A DNA stretch of 64,000 nucleotides from Octopus vulgaris. Lineage: Eukaryota. Below, in pieces: positions 1 to 12,600 of this stretch; position 1 is the stretch's first letter; each line of letters begins with the position of its first letter. A program made the position numbers and the translations under genes. The notes beneath the pieces are model-generated. The model had not been told where the DNA came from, did not search any database, and saw only the letters and a program-made list of their open reading frames with translations. The stretch is from positions 21,452,001-21,516,000 of the forward strand of contig OX597827.1 of assembly GCA_951406725.2 (NCBI GenBank), read 5' to 3'.

Positions 1-400
1 ATGTTTGAGACAGTCGTTGAACATGTTCCATGAAGCATTCAAGTCATACATATGGATATTTGTTGTAGATGTAACAATATTTCTTTTTAAACAAGTTAAC
101 CAAGAACACAGCCAGGTTCTAGTTTAATGAGTTTTTCTTTTTCCCACTTGTTGACATGCCCCAGTAAAAATATATTTTCTCTGCTCTTACATTAATCTTT
201 CTCTCTACTTCATTTCCTCGTCGAGCTATCCTCGTTAAACTATCTTAATTCATATCAACATTTCAACTTGAGCAATAATGGTTCATGGATGTTACATATT
301 TAATTTCTCATTAGATACTACTATAAAATTTTTTGTTGTTGTATGTGGTCATATGTTGTGATGGCATCAACAGACTAAGCTAGGGTTTATATGGCTAACG

Positions 401-576
401 CAATGCTTTTCAAACTTTTTGCTGGAGCGGAGCCCCAAGGAAACATTCCACTGGCTCGAGGAACCCCTGTGCAATAATTTAGTCATATGCACACATATCT
501 GCACAGGAGAATTAAAAATTACTGCCCATTTTAGCAGTTTTGTAACTTCTTGCGGAACCCTGGTTGAAAACCACTG
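401..576. mobile_element. hAT-type MITE
   Basis: Imperfect TIRs CAATGCTTTTCAAAC...GTTGAAAACCACTG; perfect 8-bp TSD GGCTAACG (393-400, 577-584). Confidence 0.85.
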
Positions 577-748
577 GGCTAACGTAACCGTTCTAATTTC
601 TATATTGTACGTTTTCATCAAACTAATACTCCCTGTTTGTAGTTCTTTCACCTCTCTCTAGTTCATATTTTTCATTCATATATACTATATACATGTAGAC
701 CCATGTGTAATCTGTGTTATATTGTACTTAGGTTATATAATATATGTT

Positions 749-1290
749 CATCATCATCATCGTTTAACGTCCGTTTTCCATGCTAGCATGGGTTGGATGG
801 TTCAACTGGGGTCTGGGTAGTCAGGAGGCTGCACCAGGCTCCAGTCTGATCTGGCAGTGTTTCTACAGCTGGATGCCCTTCCTAACACCAACCACTCGTG
901 AGTGTAGTGGGTGCTTTTTACATGCCACCGGCATGGAAGCCAGTCAAGGTGGCGCTGGCATCAGCCACGTATGGATGGTGCTTTTTACATGCCTCCAGCA
1001 CAGGTATCACAACAACAATTTCTATTTGATTTTTTGATGTTGATGTTGGTGTACTTGACTCAATAGGTCTCCTCAAGCACTGTAGGTTGCCCTAGAATCC
1101 AAGGTAAGCACAGCAGGCCATCCTGCGATCCAAGGTACTTTGGATGGGATGGGGCTTCTATGTGAAGCTGGTGCAGGAAACAGCCATGAACTCACATTAT
1201 TTGTCGGGTCTTCACAGTCACAGCATATCTCCAGAGGTCTCGGTCTTTCATCATTGCCTCCGTGAGACCCAACGTTATGGGTTCTGACTA
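749..1290 (-). mobile_element. RTE-clade LINE 3' fragment; other copies near 4829-5270(-), 7140-7410(+), 8810-9120(-), 10635-11000(+), 46063-46345(-), 54712-55130(-), 61701-62005(-)
   Basis: (GAT)n tail and conserved ...ggaagggcatccagctgtagaaa... 3' UTR, which is joined to RT-coding sequence at 57890-58925. Confidence 0.8.
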
Positions 1291-1992
1291 AAGGCAAACT
1301 AATGACTCAGTGAGAGAATCTTTTCAGTGTTCCTCAACCTACTCGAAATGGATTCCATCCCTGGTTATTTGCTGTTGGTAACCACATAATCAGGCACTAC
1401 CGGCCCATGGTTGATGGATTTGCTATTAACCCTTTATAGCATTTAAACCTCTCACACTTCCCCTTCAATATTATTCTAAAGATAAACAATCACATCATTG
1501 AAACCTGTTACAATGTAATGCATGATTAATTCAAATCAGTCCGAATGCTAAAGGGCCAAACTCCTCCACCCCATCCTACTACTGAGCTTGTTCAGTGGAA
1601 AGAGTGTGCGAGGATACCTAAGCAGGACTGGGGAAAAGCAACAACTTGTCAAATGAGTTTAATGAGGGCCATTGACTCCGTATCTGAGGGAGGAGATGGG
1701 CATTAGCGGAATTCTGAAGACCACTGGAACACTTGAATAGAGATTACATAGATTGGTTGCGAGCAGGGTCAGAAAGAAAGTCCAAGACTAGGAGGGGTCG
1801 GAAAAGACTGGGAAAATAAATTTAGATTTCCCAAAAGCAGAAATGCTGTGAGAAAGACATCACTTGATATGACAACAGAAAATGTCCTGTATTGGCCTTG
1901 TCTTTGATTTCCCAACCTTTGTCAGCATTTATATTCTTCTTCATGTTGCTTTTCCAGTACCAGTCATTGGTGAGTTAATATTTATACATTAG

Positions 1993-2210
1993 GAAGGCAG
2001 TGAGTTGGCAGGAACATTAGCACACCAGGTGAAATGCTTAGCGGTATTTCGTCTGTCTTCACGTTCTGAGTTCAAATTCCGCCAAGGTCGACTTTGCCTT
2101 TCATCCTTTTGGGGTCAATAAATTAAGTACCAATTGCATACTGGGGTCAATCTAATTGACTGGCCCTCCTCCCCAAAAGTTTCGGGCCTTGTGCCTAGAG
2201 TAGAAAAGAA
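1993..2210 (+). mobile_element. tRNA-derived SINE family B; copies near 3920-4100, 13573-13795, 15515-15740, 21830-22050, 25147-25325, 29163-29330, 38090-38312(-), 42025-42240(-), 43248-43425, 59945-60095(-)
   Basis: Recurrent ggcggcgagctggcagaa head, B box gagttcaaattcc, core gtcgactttgcctttcatcctttcggggtcgataaattaagtaccag (from memory, like the Meta/Sauria SINE core). Confidence 0.8.
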
Positions 2211-2425
2211 TATATGTTGGTATGGTTCTTATGAAACGGGTCTATTAAAAATTGCCAGAGGAATTAATTAAAAGAAAGAAGTAATGCTTAGACTGCTTAA
2301 CGAGTTTTGGCAGAATTGCATCAATATACAATGCTTCCATTGTACCTCACCAGACACTGCAGCATATTTTCAACAAGTGGTGGAGTAAATTCTCTCCTTG
2401 AATTATCTTCAATCTACCTACTTAT

Positions 2426-2817
2426 TCTTTTACTCTCTTTTACTTGTTTCAGTCATTTGACTGCGGCTATGCTGGAGCATCGCCTTTAATCGAGCAACTC
2501 AACCCCGGGACTTATTCTTTGTAAGCCCAGTACTTATTCTATTGGTCTCTTTTGCCGAACCACTAAGTGACAGGGACATAAACACACCAGCTTCGGTTGT
2601 CAAGCAATGCTAGGGGAACAAACACAGACACACAAACATATATATACATATATACGACGGGCTTCTTTCAGTTTCCGTCCACCAAATCCACTCACAAGGC
2701 TTTGGTCGGCCCGCAGCTATAGTAGAAGACACTTGCCCAAGGTGCCACGCAGTGGGACTGAACCTGGAACCATGTGGTTGGTAAACAAGCTACTTACCAC
2801 ACAGCCACTCCTGCACC
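2426..2817 (-). mobile_element. tRNA-derived SINE family A, full length; copies near 9853-10258(-), 13085-13392(-), 19000-19391(-), 53296-53705(-), 55436-55750(+)
   Basis: A box tggctgtgtggt, B box ggttcagtccc, central (TA)/(TG) microsatellite, tail ...gaaacaagtaaaagag. Confidence 0.85.
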
Positions 2818-4192
2818 TATATATTTTTTTCAGATTATCTTTTTTACAGCAAATTTTTTTATAACAGAAATGTTTACAAACATAAAAAAAAAAGTAATGT
2901 TGTAGCAGACCCTGTCTTGTGGTTCCTTACTATGTCTCACTTCTGCAGATGGAATTTTGTTAAGTTTACAGAAACAAACTTTACCAATTGCTAACTCAGA
3001 TCCTGGTTTTAATGATATTCCTTGCTTTGAATTCTTCATTCCCGTTTAAGTGAGAAATTCTTTGAGTGACAGAAAGTGTTATGCCATCCAACCCTGCCCC
3101 ATCTCATCCTTTTGCTAAACACTGCCATTCAAAAAGAAACTCCAAACAGGCCTGACTTTATGACTGGGTTCAGGTGTGAAATGAACATAATAATCTGAGT
3201 TCAATCTCACTATAAGACACTCTCAGCAGATCTCTCCTGCTATAACTATGGGCTGATCAATGCCTTGTGAGTAAAAATTGGTAGGTGGAAACTGTACAGA
3301 AGTGCTCTGCGTGTGTGTGTAGATGGGTGTCCTCATCATTTAACATATTTCATGCTGGCATGTGTTGAACTGTTTGACAGGAACTGACAGACTCTTAGAG
3401 GACTCTGTCAAGCTCCATTTTGGCAGATTTTCTATGGTTGGATGCCCTTCTGAACACCAATCTACTTTACAGAATTAATTGGGTGTTTTGTATGTGGCAC
3501 CAGCAACTTGCAAAACACAGAACTCTAAGTTGAGAGAGGGACTGGAACTATGAGAAATGGTTGTGCACCATGCAAAAAGGTTAAAGAATAATAGAGGGAT
3601 AGAGATGGTTGCTTAACCAAAGGGGAGATATTTGGCCACCCCAGTAGGAGAAGGAAGGTGGATAAATGTTTTGTCATATTTAGTGTAGGTTGAGGGATGT
3701 AACCCAAGGTAAACTGAATCCTCCAGTAAAGAAGGATCGACGGAGTACCAGATTAGGTATTTATTGAATTGACTAAAACGCTTGACCATGGTGTCCTGGT
3801 GTAATTGTAGTCCACTGATCAAGACAGATAATGGAACAATACAAAAATTCACCTTCATTGTTGTCAGAATGACACAACAAAGCACTTTGCAGTATAAAAT
3901 CTGGCAAAATTAGCAAATGTCAAGGCAGCAAGTTGGCGGAACCATTTGCATGCCAGGCAAATGCTTTGTGGTATTTGACTCGGCTTTACATTCTGAGTTC
4001 AAATTCCATTGAGGTTGACTTTGCCTTTTGGGGGTGATAAAATAAGTACCAATTGAGCTCTGGGGGTGATGTAATCGACTTTCCCCCTCCACCAAAATTT
4101 GTTATTTTAGATATTTTAAAATGTTCCTAATGAGGTAAATATTTTAGGATTGATTAATGAACATTTATATTTTTTTTATTTTGTTTTTGTAG

Positions 4193-4332
4193 AAGTTGGA
4201 GATTTCCTTGCTCTGGATTTAGGTGGCACAAACTTCCGTGTACTTCATATCAAACTTGATGGTCAAGACACTAAAATGGAAAGTAAAATATTTCTGATTC
4301 CTCAGAAGATTATGTCTGGAACTGGAACCGAA
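4193..4332 (+). CDS. HK: Hexokinase exon A ([18 protein letters not shown]...SGTGTE)
   Basis: ttgtag acceptor, gtaagt donor; ATP-binding DLGGTNFR motif. Confidence 0.95.
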
Positions 4333-6286
4333 GTAAGTAACATTTTCCTTTTTCCTTCTTTTTTTTTGTTTTTCATCTGATATCATCATTGTTTTTATGT
4401 CCATTTTTCCATGCTTTTATGGACTGGAAGGAATTGGTTGCGGCAGATTTTCTACAGCTGGATGCCCTTCCTGTCAGCAACCCTCACCTGTTTCGAAGGG
4501 AGGTAATAAACACCCCCCATGGCCAGACATGTTTTCATGGCAACCTGGAAACTACAACCATCATGTGATAGCAAAGCAAGAGAGCACACACACACAACGC
4601 ATTACTATTTATAAATATATGACAGGCTTCCTTCAGTTTCCTTCCACCAGATGCACTCCCAATGCTTTGGTCTTAGTCCAGGGCTGTAGTAGAAAACGTT
4701 CTATGCAGTGGAACTAAACCTGAAACTTTGTGACTGGGAAGCAAGCTTCTCAGTTGAATGAGGCACAGACATGACTGTGCTTAGGTAATTTTAATCGTTA
4801 TTTCTCCTTGTTAGTGTTGGATGTGTTTACATCATCATCATCGTTTAACGTCCACTTTCCATGCTAGCATGGGTTGCACGATTTTGACTGAGGGCTGGCG
4901 AACCAGATGGCTGCACTAGGCTCCAATCTTGATTTGGCAGAGTTTCTACAGCTGGATGCCCTTCCTAAAGCCAACCACTCCGAGAATGTAGTGGGTGCTT
5001 TTTATGTGCCGCCAGTACAGGGGTCAGTTAGGTGGGCCTAGCATCAGTCATGTTCAGATGGTGCTTTTTATGTGTCACTGGCACAGGGGCCAGTAAGGCA
5101 ACGCTGGTAATGATCATGCTTGAATGGTGCCCTTTAAGTGCCACTGGCACGGAAGCCGGTTAGCCGCTCTGTCAATGATCATGCTCATATGGTGCTCTTT
5201 GCAACCTGCTAGCACGGACGCCAGTCATCGAATTTGATTTTGATTGATTTCACTTGCCTCAAAGTCGACATAATCTAGACGAGGTTTCATTTTGTGTCAG
5301 TCGCAAGCTCTTTTCTCTCTCTCTCTCATGCACCCTTTACAAACAGCTGGCACTTTTTCTCCTGCTACATTTAGTTTTACTTTTCTCAATTATGACAGCA
5401 GGGTTGATAGATATATGTGTTTGTGTGTGTGTGTGTGTGTATGTTTGCTAAAAATATTCTAGTTTTAGCAATCTCAAAGCCACTCACATGAAGCTGTGCA
5501 GGTACACAGTGGTTGTTGGATCATATTAATGCAATAATGTGTAAAATATGTGAAACACTTGGCAGTTACCAGCACAGAAACAATTGTAGTGATTTGGATT
5601 AAAGCCTGTTACATTTTTTGGTATGAATTCTGTAGATATCAACAGGTTTTCACATGTATTCCTTTGGTATGATGGCATATGGTAGCCGATCCCTGTGGAG
5701 GAGCCTTGTAAAGCAGGCTATCAGATTATTACCCAGATACTATATGTGTGTGTGTGTATTTGTTTCCTTTATTCACTCATGTTCAGTAAAACATAACTAA
5801 CAATAATTGCAGTTATTCAGATGAGTTGATGGCTATGGGCTGGTTCCATCAGTGGTACCCAACCATGTACTTAATTAAAGTACTGTTTATTGATTTGGAA
5901 GACAGATGTTGTTGTTTTTATTATTATTATTATTATTATTTGTTGGCACGCTGGATGAAATGCTTAGCAGTATTTCGCCCATCGCTGCATTTTGAGTTCA
6001 AATTCCACTAAAGTCGACCTTACTTTGCTAACCTTCTGCTTTTTCGCTTTTCTTTTTGTTTAGCTCTTTGATCACATAGCAGATTGTATATATAAATTTG
6101 TCAAAGAGCAGCAGCTGTTGACACATTATTTACCTTTGGGCTTCACATTTTCATTTCCTTGTCGACAAGAAGGTCTTGATAAAGCTATTCTTACCACTTG
6201 GACTAAAGGATTTAAGTGTGAAGGAGTGGAGGGAGAAAATATTGTGGAATTATTACATGCTGCAATAAAACGGAAAGGAGTAAGTA

Positions 6287-6321
<35 letters not shown>

Positions 6322-6632
6322 AGTCCTCTCATCTAGACTCATTTTTAGTCTTTAATCCTTTTGATACTAACCCACCTGTGACCACCCCTCCTGGTTCTAT
6401 GGTACAAACTTCCTGTTTTAAAGGGGTCTAAATTAAAACCTTTTGTCAAAATTTTACCAAATTTATTAGGCTATTCGTTATTTTCAAAATTAATTGAAAC
6501 AAACACTGTGTATTTCAACAGAAATATGGTAACAAAAGGGTCAGGCTTTCTTTTGCAACTTAAAATATTTAATTACTTCAACTCCTTGGACATTACATAT
6601 AATTTCCTGTCTCACTTTTCTCTCTCTATCTC

Positions 6633-6679
<47 letters not shown>

Positions 6680-9600
6680 TTATATATTGAAAAATATCAC
6701 TACACCCTTCCTTCTTATTTATAACTAGCAGTATCGCCCGGCGTTGTTCGGGTTTGTAAGGGAAATAACTATATAAGCATTTTTAGAGTTATAGCCAGAA
6801 AATAGCAAAAAATGCATTAAAAATGGGAAAAAAATGATTGTTAATTTTTTTTTTTTTTTTAATCGTTGACTCATCGTAGACATTTTTAGAGAGTTACTTC
6901 CCTTATATAATAGCAAAAAATGCATTAAATGGAAAAAAATTATGGTAAATTTTTTTAAAATCGTAGACTCATCGTAGATGCACGCTAATACCCAGAAGGG
7001 CTCGATATGAATCACGACTATAAGATACCCGGTTTTGGTTAAACTGCACCGCAAAATGTGGGAGTAGTTAGGAATCTAAATCGTAGGAGACAGACACACA
7101 ACCTCTCTTTTATATATAAAGATGTTTCCATTTTATATTGAATATGCCAGTGACATCTGACTGGCACATAATAAAAAGCACCATTTAAGCGTTGGGCTTC
7201 GTGGGGGCAGTGACAGGTGTCCGACACCTTTGGCAATATACTCTGCTTGTGTAAGACCTGTCAAACCAAGTGAGTTGGCATTAGGAAGGACATCTAGCCA
7301 TAGAAACCTTACCAAATCAGATCGGAACCTGGTGCAGCTCTCTGGCTTACCAGCTTTCAGTCAAAGCATCCAATCCATGCCAGCGTGGACGGCGGATGTT
7401 GAACGATGATCAAAAAATACCAAGGAGTGGGGTTCACTTCTCTTTCTTTTGTTATATTTTTTTTGCATTTCTCTTTCTTTACACAATGCTTTGAGGTCAT
7501 TCATTTTTCATACTCCCGGAAGGAGTGGTTTTATTTATAGCAACTCTTTTCAATGTTGCATGTGTTGACAAGAACAAGTAAAGGAGAATTAGAATTTTGA
7601 CCTACATTGTTATGGCTTGTGTCTTTGGCTATAAACACACACACACACACACACACATACACACACAAACACACACACACATAAACACACACACACACAC
7701 ACACACACAGAGTTGAAGATTATATATAATCCTAACCTACATAATTACATAGTCACACATGGGTCTACCTCATAATTGAGTCCTGTACAAAAGGTTAAAA
7801 GGTATTTTAAGAAAAAGCTAAAATGATTTTAAATTTTGACACAAAAGAATTTATGGAAAATGTTTTATGCTTTTCAAGTCAAAACATGTCTTAAAAGTAC
7901 AAAGCTGTGCACATTTTTTGGGATTTGCTTTTCTGCCTTGAGTTCTTTGCTACTAATGTAAATACAACTACCGGGTTGTCTTGTTACTATAACTGCTTTG
8001 TTACAAGCAATAGTTATTGTTCAGGTCCAGCAGCTCTACATTTGACCCCAGTTCAGCCCAGTAAAGGTTTTCTAACCATGGCCATCCTGCCTGTCCTTTC
8101 CAGCATAGTTCGTCTTAGTGCACATTATCTAGAATGTCCTTTTTTTTTTTTTACTTTATTTTAAAATACAATACAGTGTGATTTGATGGCGATTTGGCTG
8201 TTATTTCTACCATGGTCAGCAAACACATAGAGGCTCCCTCATCAGTGTTGGTGCGGTCATCTCAGTGGATGACCTATTGACCCTAGTTGATCCCCTGTTT
8301 ACTAATCTGTTTACTGTTAATCACTGATTTTTATACATGTTGACCATTGGACAGAATTCAGTGATATTATAATGTTGTAAATAACTGACAGTCAAAACTA
8401 TTGAAAAGGTTGCAAGATGCAATGAAAATTTTAGGACAATAAAAATGAGAAAAAAGTGGAAATTTTACCGGTGAGTGTGTTACATAATAAGGCACAAAAA
8501 GAAAATGACTCTCTCCAGACACAACAGAATATGCATCAACACACGAACTCATATAAAGAATCTTGCAAACCAAATCCCAAAACGAAATATAATAATGTTG
8601 TTTGACATATTCTTTTTTTGGCCAATTCAAGACATTCCACTAATAATGTCATATTCTTGTAGTGTACAAGTTTTATGGAATTTAGTCCAATTCCAGAACT
8701 CCTACTCGAACCAAAAACATCATGCTCTGATGTTTAGTCTAAGTAGGAGTTTTTGATAGTGTTGAACTAAATTCTATAAAACTTGTAGAATACAAGACTA
8801 TGACATTCATTCATCGTTTAACGTCCGCTTTCCATTCTAGCATGGGTTAGACGATTTGACTGAGGACTGGCAAACCAGATGGCTGCACCAGGCTCCAATC
8901 TTGATCTGGCAGAGTTTCTACAGTTGGATGCCCTTCCTAATACCAGCGATTCCAAGAGTGTAGTGGGTGCTTTTATGTGCCACCGGCACAAGGGCCAGTC
9001 AGGCGGTACTGGCAATGGCCACGAAAAAAATCGTGTTTTTTTTTACGTGTCACCTGTGCACCAGCACAAGTACTAGTAAGGCAATGCTGGTAATGATCAC
9101 ACTCGAATGGTGCTTTTTACGTTATTAGTGGAATGTCTTGAATTGTGTCTTTGGTTGAATGTAGGTCAGAATACTTTTTCTCATGAACGACAAAGGACAC
9201 AAGCAAACTTCCTTCCCATTCAGGGCTAGATTCTCCATTTACACCCTCACGATGACCCCACATTCTTCACATAGCCAAAAATTACATCCTATCTGTTGGG
9301 TTTCCTTCAGACTTTCATAAACTTGACCCTCTCTAGCTGTTATCTCTTTAAAAAGTACATATTCTCTATTTGGGATGGTAAAGTCACTCCAAGATAAGGA
9401 CCAACCCTCATTAACACTTCTTTTATTCATTTCAACTTCAATGTTTCATTTCTTTTGCCAGTTGTCCTCCCTACCACTGTCTCTGGATTTTTTTTTAACT
9501 AGTTTTTTTTTCCCTAAAATATACTTCTGCTCTGTTTGCTTAAATCTAAAATAATTCACGATAAACATCACTCACCCACTTTTACAAATACTCTGGGAAA

Positions 9601-12600
9601 TTGATCCAGTGTCAAACTAAACAACAACAAAAAAAAAATGGGTTACATTTTGGTGATAGTTTATCTCTTTTTACAGTCTGAGCTCAAATTCTGTTGATGT
9701 CAACTTTACCTTTCATCCCCTCAAGGTCAAGTACTGGGATCAATATAATCAACTTAACCTTCCCCTAACATTGCTGGCCTTGTGCCAAAATTTGAGACCA
9801 ATATTATAATAGATTTCGAGGACTTTATCACCTCCCCTAACAAAAATAACTTACTCTCTTTTTACTCTTTTTACTTGTTTCAGTCATTTGACTGCGGCCA
9901 TGCTGGAGCACCGCCTTTAGTCGAGCAAATCGACCCCGGGACTTATTCTTTGTAAGCCCAGTACTTATTCTATCGGTCTCTTTTGCCGAACCGCTAAGTT
10001 ACGGGGACATAAACACACCAGCATCGGTTGTCAAGCAATGCTAGGGGAACAAACACAGACACACAAACATATTCACACACACTTATATATATATACATAT
10101 ATACGACAGGCTTCTTTCAGTTTCCGTCTACCAAATCCACTCACAAGGCATTGGTCGGCCCGAGGCTATAGCAGAAGACACTTGCCCAAGATGCCACGCA
10201 GTGGGACTGAACCCGGAACCATGTGGTTGGTTAGCAAGCTACTTACCAAACAGCCACATTTGTATCTATTATATTGAAAGGCATTTTGTTGTGTTTGGGT
10301 CAGGACACGTGACTGTTTGCTTCAGTTTGTGTGGCTGGAATAAGTTTCTTCTGCTGCTTTGCTTTACAGTGGCTCATTGCCACCACCACCACCACCATAT
10401 TGTGTCTCTGTTTCCTATATTGGTTTGACAGTTTGACAGGATCCAGTGGGTCAGAGGACTACATCTGGTCCTTGTGTCTCATTTGATGCAGGGTTTCTAT
10501 GGCTGGATATCCTTGTTAGCATCAATCACTTTACAGAGTGTACCTGGTACATTTTCATGGCACCAGCACTGGTGAGGCTATCTTGCCATCAGCAACACTA
10601 AAGAATCCTGGCTTTGTCACAACTTTTATATGTCACTGGTATGTAAAAGGCACCATTTGAGTGTGGCTGATGCTAGTGCCACTTGACTGGCTCCCATGCC
10701 AGTGGCATGTCAAAAGCACCTTTTGAGTGTGGCCAATGCCAATGCTGCTTGACTGGCTCCCATGCTGGTGGCACATCAAAAGCACCAAAGCACCATTTGA
10801 CTGTGACCAATGCCAGTGCTGCCTGACTGGCTCCCGTGCCGGTGGCATGTAAAAAGCACCCACTACACTCTTGGAGTGGTTGGCATTAGGAAGGGCATCC
10901 AGCTGTAGAAATCTTGCCAGGTCAGATTGGAGCCTGGTGGAGCTCCCTGGCTTGCCAGTTCTGTCAAACCGTTCGACCCATGAGAAGTGGACGTTAAACG
11001 ACCACAACAATAGGATTTCAGGTGCAGTTTTTCACGGCACCTTCGCAGGTGGGCGATGGAGGTCACCTCATAGTTTGCAAAGTGATAGAGATCCTCTGTA
11101 AAGGACGAAACAGATTTATTATTGTGAAAGGATGGTAGTGGAGAGACTAAGAGAGAGAATAGGGTTTGTTTGCCTATTATATTTTGAGCATTTCTTAAAT
11201 ATTTTTTCTTAAAATTTGCCATTTTATGTTTAATATGCATTTTCTTTCCATCTTTTAGCAACTTAATATTAAATGTGTGGCTGTGATCAACGATACTGTT
11301 GGAGCCCTGATGTCTTGTGCCCACAGTGATCGAATGTGTTCTATTGGTATTATATTAGGTAGGTATTTATTATTTTAATTTGTTAGAATTAAAGACTTGT
11401 GAAATAAAATATCAAAATATGAGAAACTTTGTGAAGAGTTAAAATTCAGACAAAAATGTTCTCGTACATTTAAGAAGCTTTGTGAATTGTTTTAGATTTT
11501 CCCATATTTTTTCTTTTTCTGCGCTTCGTGTAGACTGTTTTCAGTATCTTCTCTAAAATTCCTTTAGAAATAATGGTTTCCAGTTGAATTCCAATCTGGA
11601 TTTGAATGCATACAATACTTGTATATTGAGGAATAAGGAAGTAATTAATGGTGATCACAAAAATGTAAATGTTGACATAAACATTTTTCAAAATGTTTCT
11701 TCTCTTAAATAGAGCTTAAAATGTGAAACTTGGGATTTTGTTGACAACTCACCTGATGCATTTTAACTAAAATTCTCTGACAAAGTATGTTTAACAGAGA
11801 AGCTGTAAGTCTGTGTTAGAGCCTTGCTCCCTGCAAATAACTGAAGAAATTAACACTTGGATATAACTTTCCTGAAATAAATTATACTTTTGAAAATCTA
11901 AGAGTAAACTGTAAAATGATGTGAAAGGGAAACAGTCCATCACTTTTATACATTTGATAAGTTTATGGCCATGCGGTTAAGAAGTTCACTTCTCAATCAT
12001 GTGATTCCAGGTTCAATCCTAATAGAAGGCACCTTGGACAAGTATTTTCTACCAAAGTTTCAGGTTGATAAAACCTTGTCGCTAAACTAGAATGAGGGCT
12101 TTTGGCTATAGTGTTTAGTGGTGTTTGCTCTGCCACTACCAAGCAAGAATCCACTTTGAGGGTAACTCCTTACCTTCATGTGTTGCCTCTTTCTGCAGTG
12201 ACCTCAAAGATGTGGTTTCTTATCCACACACCACCCATCTCAAGGTCATGACTTGTTCACTCTTTCCTCTTCTAACTAGGTTGTGTGTGCATGTGTATGT
12301 ATGTGTGAGAGAGAAAGAGACACCAAGCAACTGAAAGCAGTTTGGTGGCAGTGTAAATAAACAATAAAAAAAAATGGACATTTTTTTTGTTTCCAAAGAA
12401 AGTTATTTGAGAAAAATCCAATTTGAATTGTCTGGACTCTCAAATGGTACTGCTGCTTTGATTCATAAGATGGGTCGATCTGAAGTTTCTGTTGCTGTAG
12501 ATGGCTCTCTCTACAGATTCCATCCTCATTTTCATGACTTAATGGTAGAAAAAATTAAAGCACTTTGTCCCCTTACTAGAGTAAGTAGATTTCTAAGTTC

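Noticed and set aside
2607-2864. Recurring ORFs such as [30 protein letters not shown] and [10 protein letters not shown]
   Set aside because: Translations of SINE family A and the RTE 3' UTR, not a protein family
1-4192. Searched for the upstream hexokinase exon (MLPTYV...PDG type)
   Set aside because: No matching frame with splice sites seen; region is repeat-filled intron
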